Below, in pieces: positions 1-9,527 of a stretch of 64,000 nt of DNA; positions within the stretch are counted from its first letter, which is position 1, and each line of letters starts with the position of its first letter. The DNA comes from Dehalococcoidia bacterium. GTDB taxonomy: Bacteria > Chloroflexota > Dehalococcoidia > Lucifugimonadales > VXLM01. Under the pieces are notes generated by a model, which made no database searches, was not told the DNA's origin, and saw only the letters and a list, made by a program, of their open reading frames with translations. The stretch is taken from positions 2,016,507-2,080,506 of the forward strand of contig OY759598.1 in NCBI GenBank assembly GCA_963662435.1. The letters are read 5' to 3'. The translations under genes and the position numbers were made by a program.

Positions 1-1006
1 AGTAGAGTAGCGTCGCGTACAGAGCGGCCAGGCTCCCCTTGTCTATCCTCACCGCGCGGGCGAGGGGGTGTCTCGCGACCACACTTACGAGATCTTCCCT
101 ACCGACGATGATGCCGGCCTGCGGTCCTCCCAGAAGCTTGTCCCCTGAGAAGAAGGCGAGAGAGGCCCCCTCCCGTACGCTCTCCTGCGGCATGGGCTCG
201 TGGGCCATGCCGAACTGGGCGGTATCCAGGAGGCACCCGCTCCCGAGATCGTGAAGGACGGGAATGCCGGTACGCTCCCCCAGTTGGGTCAATTCCGTTA
301 GCGACGGCATGTTGGTAAAGCCGACCACTCGGAAGTTGCTCGCGTGGACGGAGAGGACGGCCCCGGTGTCCTCGGTAATCGCGGCCTCGTAGTCGCGGAC
401 ATAAGTCTTGTTGGTCGTTCCAACCTCCACGAGGCTCGCGCCACTCTGTTTGAGGACGTCGGGAATACGGAATCCTCCTCCGATCTCCACAGCCTCACCG
501 CGTGAGACAATGACCTCCTTGCCATTCGCCACAGCCGCCAGCCCCAGGAGGACTGCGGAGGCATTGTTGTTGACCACCAGGGCGGCCTCGGCGCCGGTGA
601 GTTTGCATAGAAGATCAGCGACACGTCCCTGTCGGGAACCACGTTGCCCTGTTTGAAGATCAAACTCGAGGTCTCCATAACCTTCCGAGGCGGTGCGCAT
701 CGCATCCAATGCCTCGTCGCTCAGGGGGGCACGACCAAGATTGGTGTGGAGGATCACGCCGGTGGCGTTAATGACTGGCGTCGGGAGCGAGCGCGACAGG
801 GTTGAGGCACGCTCTTCTATAGACTCCACCAGGGAATCGAGGTCGGGAACTGAGTTGCCATTCCGAATGGACTTTCGCGCTCCATCTATCTCGGACCTGA
901 CAAGGTCGAGTACCGTGTCCCGCGAGAATACTTGAACGAGACTGAGCACTCGCTCATCGTCGAGAACTTCGTTGACACTGGGAAGATCACGGAACTGAGA
1001 TTCCAT
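1..1006 (-). CDS. selA: L-seryl-tRNA(Sec) selenium transferase, 3' end outside window
   Basis: Not in ORF track (no stop in window). Manual translation from ATG 1006: MESQFRDLPSVNEVL...VINATGVILHTNLGRAPL...VVNNNASAV...SRGEAVEIGGGFRIPDV...EVGTTNKT...HASNF...DLGSG...FSGDKLLGGPQAGII; canonical SelA motifs including the PLP lysine. Confidence 0.95.
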   Translation of the reverse strand, partial: MESQFRDLPSVNEVLDDERVLSLVQVFSRDTVLDLVRSEIDGARKSIRNGNSVPDLDSLVESIEERASTLSRSLPTPVINATGVILHTNLGRAPLSDEALDAMRTASEGYGDLEFDLQTGQRGSRQGRVADLLCKLTGAEAALVVNNNASAVLLGLAAVANGKEVIVSRGEAVEIGGGFRIPDVLKQSGASLVEVGTTNKTYVRDYEAAITEDTGAVLSVHASNFRVVGFTNMPSLTELTQLGERTGIPVLHDLGSGCLLDTAQFGMAHEPMPQESVREGASLAFFSGDKLLGGPQAGIIVGREDLVSVVARHPLARAVRIDKGSLAALYATLLY

Positions 1007-1161
1007 AGCTTAGGTGAATTATACCTGACGACGTTGACGCTCTGCGGAGCCGAATCAGGCAGGCTCAAAATACCTTCCACTCATCCTGACCAAGTCCAAA
1101 ATGGCTGGCGTCCCACCTAGGCTGATTGTCTTGACATGCGGTCTGAGAGAGAATAGTTAAT

Positions 1162-1617
1162 GTGACTATGCTCGAAGTTGGCACTCAGGCTCCGGACTTC
1201 ACGATCACGCTCGGGACCGGCGACACGTTTACGCTCTCGGATTACCGGGGTCGAAATGTTGTGCTGTTTTTCTATCCGATGGCGTTTACCCCCGGCTGCT
1301 CAGCGGAAGTCGGGGGGTTTTGCGAATTCTACGGCGACATCTCCGCCTGGAACGCCGAGGTGATTGGAATCAGCTCCGACAAGCTGGAGACGGTCGAGCG
1401 GTTCGGCAACAAGATGGGAACACCCTTCCCGATGGGGAGCGACAGCAAGAAAGAGGTCCGCAAGCTGTATGGTGCCGAGCGGTTGTTTGGCCTGATCACT
1501 TCTCGGGTGACCTACGTCATCGACGGCGAAGGCACCATCCGGGGCTTGATTCACAGAGAATTCGGCGTCGCGAGTCACGTTGACTACGCGCTGAAGACGC
1601 TGGAGAGCCTGTCGTAG
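1162..1617 (+). CDS. bcp: Peroxiredoxin, BCP/PrxQ family (start may be ATG 1168)
   Basis: [19 protein letters not shown] (PxxxTxxC), VIGISSD, RVTYVID. Confidence 0.88.
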   Translation: MTMLEVGTQAPDFTITLGTGDTFTLSDYRGRNVVLFFYPMAFTPGCSAEVGGFCEFYGDISAWNAEVIGISSDKLETVERFGNKMGTPFPMGSDSKKEVRKLYGAERLFGLITSRVTYVIDGEGTIRGLIHREFGVASHVDYALKTLESLS

Positions 1618-1645
1618 GACTGGACCAACCGATGTGAAGAAGGCT

Positions 1646-2851
1646 CTACGGTTTTGGCGCAGGTCCAATAATTCGGTAGCCCAGGTTCTCCTCCGTGCGG
1701 TCGGCAACGGGGAGAACTTCTATGAGTACATGTGACACTCCCACGACGTCACCGTTTTCGTCGAAGCTGTAGTTGTCACCGATCGCGCCGCTCCAGGTGA
1801 GGTTGTAGAGACAATCTCGAAAACCGTCGGCGTCCTGATCGTCATTGGTCTGCCTGAGACACTCGGCCGCTATGTGGACATCGTCGTAGGCGGAGCCTTG
1901 GAACCACGGCCAGGGAGCGAACCCGTCGTAGCGCGACTTGTAGTCTGCAAGGAAATCTCTCCCCACTGAGGTGTCCAGGTCCGGGTTGGGCACGACGGCC
2001 CTGAGGCCTGTGGCAGCCTCTCCAGCAATGTTGAGGGCCTCGGTTCCCGTGGGCACGATTTCGGTGTAGATGGGGCCGTTGTAGCCCAGCTCGCGGGCCT
2101 GCTTTATGACAGTTCCGCCGGACGCCTCTCCCTGTGCAGCAATCGACATGGCGTCGGGTTTTTCACTGATCAGCTTTGTGATTTGGCTGCGGAAGTCGAT
2201 GATGTCGGAAGAGTAGCTCTCAGCAGCCGCGACGGTGCCTCCAAGCTCTTCGAATCGGGACACGGCCGTGCGACGGACTCCCTCGACGTAGTCGGTTGAC
2301 TCGGTGAGGGTGACGATCCTGCGCATTCCGTCGACCCACAGGGAGTTGCCGATGTCCGTCCCGACCAGGAGTGAACTGATTGCGGTGCGAAAAATATAGT
2401 CGCCGGAGTTGGTAATGTCAGGGCTGGTGGCTGTTGGTGAGAGAAGAACAACGCCTTCCTTTTCGGCAAGTGGAGCAACGCCCAGCATCCCGCCGCTGCA
2501 GGTAGCGCCTAGGATGATCTTGACGCCTACCACGTCGGTCAGCTTGTTGTAGGCGGTGATAGCGTCCTGCGCGTTACACTTGGAGTCCTCGATGATGAGC
2601 TTCAGCATTCGACCATTGACGCCACCGGCAGCGTTGATCTCCTCCATCGCGAGTAGCTTGGATTGGGACGATGGTACGCCATAGGTCTCGCCGACACCTG
2701 TGAGAGAGTCGAGCGCGCCGATGACGAACGGTTCGGTGGAGTCGGTCGACGACTCGCCTGTGGTGGTTGGAGTCGAATCGGAGCCGCAAGCAAAGAGCAG
2801 TAGTACCGGCATGGAAAGCAGAATAAACCGGATCCAAGATGTTGCATTCAT
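1646..2851 (-). CDS. Branched-chain amino-acid-type ABC substrate-binding lipoprotein (orphan)
   Basis: Lipobox LLFAC; IGALDSLTG, EEINAAGGVNGR, EDSKC, YIFRTA typical of LivJ-like SBPs; start moved to ATG 2851. Confidence 0.85.
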   Translation of the reverse strand: MNATSWIRFILLSMPVLLLFACGSDSTPTTTGESSTDSTEPFVIGALDSLTGVGETYGVPSSQSKLLAMEEINAAGGVNGRMLKLIIEDSKCNAQDAITAYNKLTDVVGVKIILGATCSGGMLGVAPLAEKEGVVLLSPTATSPDITNSGDYIFRTAISSLLVGTDIGNSLWVDGMRRIVTLTESTDYVEGVRRTAVSRFEELGGTVAAAESYSSDIIDFRSQITKLISEKPDAMSIAAQGEASGGTVIKQARELGYNGPIYTEIVPTGTEALNIAGEAATGLRAVVPNPDLDTSVGRDFLADYKSRYDGFAPWPWFQGSAYDDVHIAAECLRQTNDDQDADGFRDCLYNLTWSGAIGDNYSFDENGDVVGVSHVLIEVLPVADRTEENLGYRIIGPAPKP

Positions 2852-3082
2852 TTTGACTCGCGCCTTTCCGCTTGAGTTGCAGTCGGAAATTTCTGTACGC
2901 ATTTTATCAGGTGACCGGACGACGATTCGCTGAAAGCGAGGATTGAGAGATTGAGTGACCCTCACCGCAAATTGCGAATCACCGGTAGTCGCCGTTGCTG
3001 AATCTTGAGTGTCAAAGGATATGGTATAGTGCGAATAAGCTCAGCGCATTGTGCGTTGGGAGACACTTTTCAGGAGCGAGAG

Positions 3083-3361
3083 ATGGCAACCGTTTTCGTT
3101 CCTCCACTGATGCAGAAACTGACAGACGGCCAGCGTACGGTGGAGGTGCCCGGCAAGACTGTGCGCGAGGTCATCAAGAACCTCGAATCAGCCTATCCCG
3201 GCACCCAGGCGCGTCTCGTGGACGGCTTCAAGCTCAAGCCCAATATATCAGTGGCTGTCGATGGCGAGGTAACACCCATCGGGATGCTGCAGAAGATAGG
3301 CGAAGATAGCGAAGTGCACTTTCTCCCAGCAATCGGGGGAGGAAGTTTTCCCTGTCTTTAG
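3083..3361 (+). CDS. MoaD/ThiS family ubiquitin-like sulfur carrier with C-terminal extension
   Basis: SD AGGAG then ATG 3083; beta-grasp pattern TVREVI..L...YPG...ISVAVDG...EVHFLPAIGGG followed by SFPCL. Confidence 0.85.
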   Translation: MATVFVPPLMQKLTDGQRTVEVPGKTVREVIKNLESAYPGTQARLVDGFKLKPNISVAVDGEVTPIGMLQKIGEDSEVHFLPAIGGGSFPCL

Positions 3362-3379
3362 AGCGAGGTTCGCTCAAGA

Positions 3380-4516
3380 CTAAGGGTGGAAGAGTTGCCC
3401 CTGTACGTTCGGGTCGGGCGGGGCCTCTTCAGTGGGGGCTGGCGACACGTCGATTGAGGCGTTTGGCCGGATGATGATCTTCCCCACGTCGCCTCCGTCC
3501 AGGAGTTCCATGGCGGACTCGATATCTTCGAGGCCGACCTCCTTGGAGATGATGGGGCGCAGGTCCACCACGTTGCTCTCGAGAAGCCACCTCGTCTTAT
3601 ACCATGTATCGAATATGCGACGTCCGTTCAGGGCGAGCACCGTGAGATTCTTGAATATCATGCTCTCGGCAACGTCGATGCGCACGGGATTTGCGGGTAT
3701 GCCGAATAGCGTCACTCGTCCGCCGTTGCGGACGCCTCTGAAGGCGGCGTCTACTGAGCTGGCCGCCCCGCTCATTTCGAGCACGATATCGACCCCGAAA
3801 CCCTCGTTGGTCTCGATGAGCCACTCGGCGACGCCGTCCTCAGGCCCGCTTGAGGCCGCATTGTAGACCCTGTCTGCCCCGAGAGCCTCTGCAAGAGAAA
3901 GCCGGTAGTCGTTGATGTCGGCGGCGAGAACGCTGAAGGCGCCCGACGCCTTGGCGATCCCGATGGCGAACAGGCCGACGGGGCCGCAGCCCAGAACGGC
4001 CACACTCTGACCTGCGAGGTCGTGGACAAGAGTGGCGAAAACGGCGTTGCCGAACGGTTCCTGGAGAGTGGCGATCTCCGGCGGCAGCTTGTCCCTATCG
4101 TTCTGCCACACTACCGTCTCGGGCAGGGAAACATATTCCGCAAAAACGCCGTCGCGGTCGACACCGAGTATCCTCGTGCGAGGGCACATGTGGGCCTGCC
4201 CGGTGCGACACTGGAAGCACAGGCCGCAGGTAATGTGACTCTCTGCGGAAACGTAGTCCCCTACCCTTACCTGCGCAACGTCCGGCCCGACCTCGACTAC
4301 GGTTCCGGCGAACTCGTGCCCTACCGTCAGCGGAGGCTTGACCCGGTTTGCCGCCCAATCGTCCCAGTTCCAGATGTGAAGGTCCGTGCCGCACACGCTC
4401 GCGGCCTCGACGGCGACGAGAACTTCGTCCCGTCCAATGGAAGGTACGGGGATATCTTCAATGACCAGTCCGGGTTCGGGCCCGACCTTGCGAGCGGCTT
4501 TCATCCTTGTGGGCAT
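3380..4516 (-). CDS. tdh: L-threonine 3-dehydrogenase (Zn-dependent MDR)
   Basis: CGTDLHIWNWDDWA, GHEFAG, SAESHITCGLCFQC...HMC, QEPFGNAV, GCGPVG, GRRIFDTWY. Confidence 0.88.
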   Translation of the reverse strand: MPTRMKAARKVGPEPGLVIEDIPVPSIGRDEVLVAVEAASVCGTDLHIWNWDDWAANRVKPPLTVGHEFAGTVVEVGPDVAQVRVGDYVSAESHITCGLCFQCRTGQAHMCPRTRILGVDRDGVFAEYVSLPETVVWQNDRDKLPPEIATLQEPFGNAVFATLVHDLAGQSVAVLGCGPVGLFAIGIAKASGAFSVLAADINDYRLSLAEALGADRVYNAASSGPEDGVAEWLIETNEGFGVDIVLEMSGAASSVDAAFRGVRNGGRVTLFGIPANPVRIDVAESMIFKNLTVLALNGRRIFDTWYKTRWLLESNVVDLRPIISKEVGLEDIESAMELLDGGDVGKIIIRPNASIDVSPAPTEEAPPDPNVQGQLFHP

Positions 4517-4638
4517 ACGTTATTCCTCAAAGACTAAATCAGCATTTTCCGAGTTTGCGGGAATTCGCCCATCGGCAGGCTAGGGGCGAACGATATTCTG
4601 TTAGTTGTAAAGGAATGTTGATAGGGTCCCTCTGCCAT

Positions 4639-6282
4639 TCATCCCGAGAGCGGGGCGAGACGTTCAACCTCGAGACCCTTGGGGCGCACGAAATCCTTGT
4701 ATCGGGTGCGAATCTCCACTCCGTTCAAGGAGCGAGTGAAGCCTGCCACCTTGTCCAGTCGCTTCACCTCGACCTCCACGACGTTTTCTCCCTCTCGGAG
4801 CAGATCGGCATCAAGGCGCCATCGGAACCAGTGGACGGACATTCCGAGTGGACCGTCGAAGGGACTTCCACGAGGGCTGAGCGGCAGCCACAGGGCGCGC
4901 TCGTCCGTGACCTCGACTTCGGAGGCGGACAGGTCGCGACCGTTGAATCGGAACGCGATATCATCCTCGACGCAGAAGAAAGCGAAGCGGAGCGTGAGGA
5001 CCGGAGGCCTCATCTCTCCGTCAGCGCGAGCGCTCTCCAGTTCGTCGGACACCTGAACGGGGACGCTTACCGTCTCACCCTCGACCAGGTCGGCGGGGAG
5101 GTAGCGTTCCGGAGGGTCGGTGATTTCGTCCTCAGAGCGGTGAGGTTGCCTTTCGTAGCCCCCTTGGTAGTCGACAAGCTCCTCGAGGACGAGGCCGGTC
5201 TCCCGTGGCTGTAGGATGTAGCGCTTGTCGCGACGTGCGAAAGCGTCCGGGTAAGCCATTTCGCGGAGGATGTCGTACTCGACCTGGCTGAAGGGCCATC
5301 GAAGGTAGCCGAGATATAGTCCGTCGGCCCCCTGTCTTCGCGCCGTCTGGGCGAAGGCCCTGTACATTTCGAGCTCCGGGACCGCTGTGCGCTCGTCGTA
5401 AACGCGACGGGTTGGGCGGACATACGTCCCCGTATCAGAGGCCTGAGCGGCATCGACGAGCCAGCCAACGTCGAAGGCCCCGGCGTCCATGAACTGCTCA
5501 GACATCTGCCCGACGACCATATCGAGGCTGCCGTTCGCCAGCCATGTTTCTACGTCGAGACCCAGGCGAAGGTTCGCCTCTCGCTGATGAAATACGCGAG
5601 CCGCAACGGTGATTTTTCTTTCCTGAACATCGCCTACCTCGTCCGCCAGTCGACGGACATCAGCAAGGAAGTCGGTCATATCCTGTGCGTGCTTATCTTC
5701 CTCGCCTGTCTTGAAATACTTGGGCACGAACATGAAGTCGAGCTCCATGCCCTCAGCCTCGTACTCGGACATGATCTCACGGAGAACGTTGAGCTTGTCT
5801 TCGCGAACCTCCGGATGGGCGTAGTCGTAGCACCACTCGTATCGAGGATGGTGGTCGTCCTTCTCCAACATGCAGACCTCATCGGCGCGATGCCACTTGA
5901 GGATGCCGCACCTGTCGGAGCCGGGCCGGTCGCAACTCTGCAGCTTTAGGCTCGGATGAACCCTTAAGCCCATCTGCCTGCCATGGTTGACGACCTCTCG
6001 GATCTGATCGGTGCCGAGTTCCCGCGCGCCCTGCACCATGCGCATGATGCGCCAGTCGATGTAGCTGTTCCAGACATCCTGCATCTGGCCGACGACACGC
6101 CCGACCTTGCTGTCGTGGAAGTAGACGTCTCCATAGCCTAGGCCGAAGGCAAGCACATCGACGCCTGAACCGAGCAGCTCATCGACCGGCCAGCGGAGCT
6201 TGTCGACACTCAAGGGAGGGTCGAGGCGCTTGGCGTGAAAGTGGTGCGCGTCCTGATAGTAGATTAACCGTGCGCGTTCCAT
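4639..6282 (-). CDS. Hypothetical protein, glycosyl-hydrolase-like (family 10-like TIM barrel plus C-terminal beta domain)
   Basis: 547 aa coding-like ORF; RLIYYQD, YDYAHPEVRE, YEAEGMELDFM, GLDVETW, GADGLY resemble GHL10-like barrels. Confidence 0.55.
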   Translation of the reverse strand: MERARLIYYQDAHHFHAKRLDPPLSVDKLRWPVDELLGSGVDVLAFGLGYGDVYFHDSKVGRVVGQMQDVWNSYIDWRIMRMVQGARELGTDQIREVVNHGRQMGLRVHPSLKLQSCDRPGSDRCGILKWHRADEVCMLEKDDHHPRYEWCYDYAHPEVREDKLNVLREIMSEYEAEGMELDFMFVPKYFKTGEEDKHAQDMTDFLADVRRLADEVGDVQERKITVAARVFHQREANLRLGLDVETWLANGSLDMVVGQMSEQFMDAGAFDVGWLVDAAQASDTGTYVRPTRRVYDERTAVPELEMYRAFAQTARRQGADGLYLGYLRWPFSQVEYDILREMAYPDAFARRDKRYILQPRETGLVLEELVDYQGGYERQPHRSEDEITDPPERYLPADLVEGETVSVPVQVSDELESARADGEMRPPVLTLRFAFFCVEDDIAFRFNGRDLSASEVEVTDERALWLPLSPRGSPFDGPLGMSVHWFRWRLDADLLREGENVVEVEVKRLDKVAGFTRSLNGVEIRTRYKDFVRPKGLEVERLAPLSG

Positions 6283-6342
6283 CGCGTTGGCACTCTACTT
6301 GTGATTGAATACGAACATGGCGATTCTCGGAGACAGGATACC

Positions 6343-7152
6343 ATGATAGGCCGCCTCATCACCGCCGCCGTCGGCATACCCGTGCTCGCCTTGGTCGTCT
6401 GGGTCGGCGGGCCGGTGTTCACCATCGCAGTCGCGGCTGTGGCCGCCATCGGCGCGGTCGAGGTCTGCGAGATGGCGCGCTTACGGGGTCTGGCTCCCTC
6501 TCGGTACGTAGCAGCGATTCTGGCCGCCGCGCTTGTCCTTTCCCAGTACGTGCTTGCTGACCAATTGTCGACGCCTGATTACCTGCTCCTTCTGACCATT
6601 TCCGTCGGTCTGGCGGCAGCAGCCTTGATCCTCATATTATTCCCTGGCGGAAAATGCCGGGTGCGCGCAGTAGGCGTCACACTTGGGGCAATCGTGTATC
6701 CGGGAGCGCTGCTGGCTCACGCGCCACTTCTGCGCGGGACCGAACAGGGGCTTGAGTGGGTCGCGTTTCTCCTCGTCGTCACGTTCTCAACGGACACGGC
6801 GGCCTTCTTCGTGGGCAAGGTCATAGGGAAAAAACCTCTCGCCCCGACCATCAGTCCGAACAAAACGTGGGAGGGAGCAATCGCGGGACTCTTCGGGGCG
6901 TTGGTGGCCGCGGTGGTGGTGGCGTGGGTGTTGGATCTCGACGCCGCAGTACCGGCTATTGTCATGCTCGGTGGTCTGATGGGGGTCGCCGGTCAGGCGG
7001 GAGACCTCTTCGAATCGAAGCTGAAGCGGCTGGCGGATGTAAAGGAATCGGGGTGGCTCCTGCCGGGACACGGTGGGATATTGGACCGGCTCGACTCGAT
7101 AGTCTTCAACCTCGCGCTGGTATACTACTTTGTCATAGGGGGTGTCATTTGA
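6343..7152 (+). CDS. cdsA: Phosphatidate cytidylyltransferase
   Basis: Hydrophobic; DTAAFFVGK, ISPNKTWEG, GDLFESKLKR, KESG.LLPGHGGILDRLDS. Confidence 0.95.
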   Translation: MIGRLITAAVGIPVLALVVWVGGPVFTIAVAAVAAIGAVEVCEMARLRGLAPSRYVAAILAAALVLSQYVLADQLSTPDYLLLLTISVGLAAAALILILFPGGKCRVRAVGVTLGAIVYPGALLAHAPLLRGTEQGLEWVAFLLVVTFSTDTAAFFVGKVIGKKPLAPTISPNKTWEGAIAGLFGALVAAVVVAWVLDLDAAVPAIVMLGGLMGVAGQAGDLFESKLKRLADVKESGWLLPGHGGILDRLDSIVFNLALVYYFVIGGVI

Positions 7153-8279
7153 AGGGTGTGGTCGTCCTAGGCTCCACCGGTTCCGTCGGCGTTCAGACGC
7201 TGGACATCGTGCGCGCATTCCCCAAGGAGTTTTGCGTGGTAGGGCTGGCTGCCCGTCGGAGCTTTACAGCCCTTGCTTCCCAAGTTGGCGAATTCGACCC
7301 GAAGTATGTGTCGTTCGAGGGCACCGACGATGAGAAGACCGAATTCTCCGCCAATGGACACGTCATGTGCTCCATGGAGGAAATGGTTGCCTTCCCTGAC
7401 GTGGACCTCGTCGTCTCCGCAACGGTCGGCGATGCTGCCCTTGGCCCAACAATCGCCGCTATCGAAGCCCGCAAGGAGATCGTTCTCGTTAACAAGGAGG
7501 CGATCATCATGGCGGGACCGATCCTCACGGATTTGGCGCGAAAGCATGGTGTCGAGCTTCGCCCGGCCGACAGCGAACCCAACGCCATCTGGCAGTGCAT
7601 CCGCGGAGAGGGGCAGACGGTTTCCAAGCTCATCATAACGGCATCGGGCGGCGCGTTTCGCGACTTCGACATCGAGATGCTCGACCGGGTCACGCCTGAG
7701 CAGGCGCTCAAGCATCCGACGTGGGACATGGGACCCAAGATCACCGTCGACTCCGCCACGCTGATGAACAAGGCGCTTGAGGTTATCGAGGCAAAGTGGC
7801 TGTTCAACATGGAGTGGGAGGACATCGAGGTGGTCATACACCCCCAGAGCCTGATTCACTCTATGGTCGAGTTCGTGGACGGTTCGGTAAAGGCCCAGAT
7901 CAGTCCGCCGGACATGCGCCTGCCTCTCCAATATTCGATGCTGTACCCACAACGTGCGCCCAACGCGGACATCCAGCGATTCGACGCGGTCGCCGCCGGA
8001 GAGTTGACATTCAAGTCCCTGGACCCCAGCCGGTATCCATGCTTTCAGTTGGCACTGGATGTCGCCAAACGAGGCGGCACGTGGCCGGCGGCGCTCAACG
8101 GCACCGACGAGAAGGCAGTCGAGGCATTTCTGGGAGGACGGATCAAATTCACGGAAATCCCGGTCGTGATTGAAAGGGCACTAGAGGACTTCACTCCGAT
8201 CATTGACCCTTCGATCGAAGATATTGTCGCGGCGTCCAGGTGGGGCAAAGAGCGCGTCGCACAGTTAGCGGGGATGTAG
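7149..8279 (+). CDS. dxr: 1-deoxy-D-xylulose-5-phosphate reductoisomerase
   Basis: TTG start overlapping cdsA stop; LGSTGSVG, NKEA, PADSE, TASGGAFR, HPTWDMGPKITVDSATLMNK. Confidence 0.95.
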   Translation: MKGVVVLGSTGSVGVQTLDIVRAFPKEFCVVGLAARRSFTALASQVGEFDPKYVSFEGTDDEKTEFSANGHVMCSMEEMVAFPDVDLVVSATVGDAALGPTIAAIEARKEIVLVNKEAIIMAGPILTDLARKHGVELRPADSEPNAIWQCIRGEGQTVSKLIITASGGAFRDFDIEMLDRVTPEQALKHPTWDMGPKITVDSATLMNKALEVIEAKWLFNMEWEDIEVVIHPQSLIHSMVEFVDGSVKAQISPPDMRLPLQYSMLYPQRAPNADIQRFDAVAAGELTFKSLDPSRYPCFQLALDVAKRGGTWPAALNGTDEKAVEAFLGGRIKFTEIPVVIERALEDFTPIIDPSIEDIVAASRWGKERVAQLAGM

Positions 8280-9488
8280 ATGTTCTTCGGGATACCCGGC
8301 TGGCTACTGATTGTTCCGGTACTCGGCTTCCTGATCTTCATTCACGAGCTCGGCCACTTCGCGACGGCCAAGTGGTTCGGCATCAAGGTGACGGAGTTTG
8401 GATTCGGGTTCCCCCCACGCATATTTGGTGTGCGTTACAAAGAGACGGTCTATTCGCTCAACTGGATTCCGCTGGGCGGATTCGTTCGCATGGTCGGAGA
8501 AGAAGACCCCTCCCATCCGCGAAGCTTCGCCGGACAGGCCGTTTGGAAACGCGCGATTGTTCTCGTATCAGGCTCAGTGATGAACCTCGTCTTCCCCTTG
8601 GTGTTGTTCGCGATCCTGTTCACCCTGCCGCACGACACCGTCATAGGCACGGTGATGATATCGGGGGTCTCGCCAAATTCTCCGGCTCAGGAGGCAGGTC
8701 TTCGCGCAGGCGATATGGTCCTGGAGGTGGAAGGCCGGAGGGTCGAAAACCACTTCGATCTCGTGCAATCCGTAATGACGCGGCTCGGTCGACCCACGGA
8801 GTTCACGGTCCGGCGGGGAATGATCGTTACGGGCCTGGCATTCTCTCCGGAACTTGCGCCGGTCGAAAAGCTCACCATCACCCCTCGGCTGAAGCCGCCG
8901 GAGCAAGTGGTCGTCGAGACGGTGACCGACCCGGCGTCGGAGATTTCGCTCCGTGAGGCGCGGAACATTAACCCGGATGCCCAGGTCGGGGACCGAATCA
9001 GGCAGGGGGCTATCGGCGTCCTCGTCGGCACCGCCAACCCAAAGATCGTGAAGCGCAGCTTCGCCCCATGGGATGCCGTCCCTATGGCCGTGGAAAGGGC
9101 ATGGGAGGTTCTGACACTCACCCAGGCTGGGCTGACACAGTGGGCTCGCGGCGGGCCCGATCCGGGGATAACCGGACCTGTCGGCATTGCCCAGGTGACC
9201 GGGGAGATCGCGGAGGAGATTCCGAATATCGGGTACTCGCCGCTGTTCGAGTTCGTGGCCTTGCTGAGTATCAGTCTCGGCATAGTAAACCTGCTGCCGA
9301 TACCGGCGCTCGACGGAGGACGCCTGCTGTTCGTGGTGATCGAGTGGGTCAGGCGAGGGAAGCGGATTTCCCCACACCGTGAGGGACTCGTCCACATGGT
9401 CGGCTTCGTACTGCTCATCGGGTTTATCGTCGCAATGAGCTACCGAGACATAGTACGAATATTCGCGGGCGAGAGCTTTATCCGCTAG
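8280..9488 (+). CDS. rseP: Site-2 (M50) membrane zinc metalloprotease with PDZ domain
   Basis: HELGH, GFGFPP, IPLGGFV, SPAQEAGL, NLLPIPALDGG. Confidence 0.93.
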   Translation: MFFGIPGWLLIVPVLGFLIFIHELGHFATAKWFGIKVTEFGFGFPPRIFGVRYKETVYSLNWIPLGGFVRMVGEEDPSHPRSFAGQAVWKRAIVLVSGSVMNLVFPLVLFAILFTLPHDTVIGTVMISGVSPNSPAQEAGLRAGDMVLEVEGRRVENHFDLVQSVMTRLGRPTEFTVRRGMIVTGLAFSPELAPVEKLTITPRLKPPEQVVVETVTDPASEISLREARNINPDAQVGDRIRQGAIGVLVGTANPKIVKRSFAPWDAVPMAVERAWEVLTLTQAGLTQWARGGPDPGITGPVGIAQVTGEIAEEIPNIGYSPLFEFVALLSISLGIVNLLPIPALDGGRLLFVVIEWVRRGKRISPHREGLVHMVGFVLLIGFIVAMSYRDIVRIFAGESFIR

Positions 9489-9527
9489 AATGTTGAAGTG
9501 CCAATTCGGCAGATGGGGTGACGGGCC

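Noticed and set aside
6756..7148. Long N-terminal extensions in the ORF track (dxr; likewise GT4 24295, pdxS 36573, AbiTii-like 44878, AAC(3) 57143)
   Set aside because: They overlap neighbouring genes, a tRNA or repeats; family homology starts at the later start codons used above
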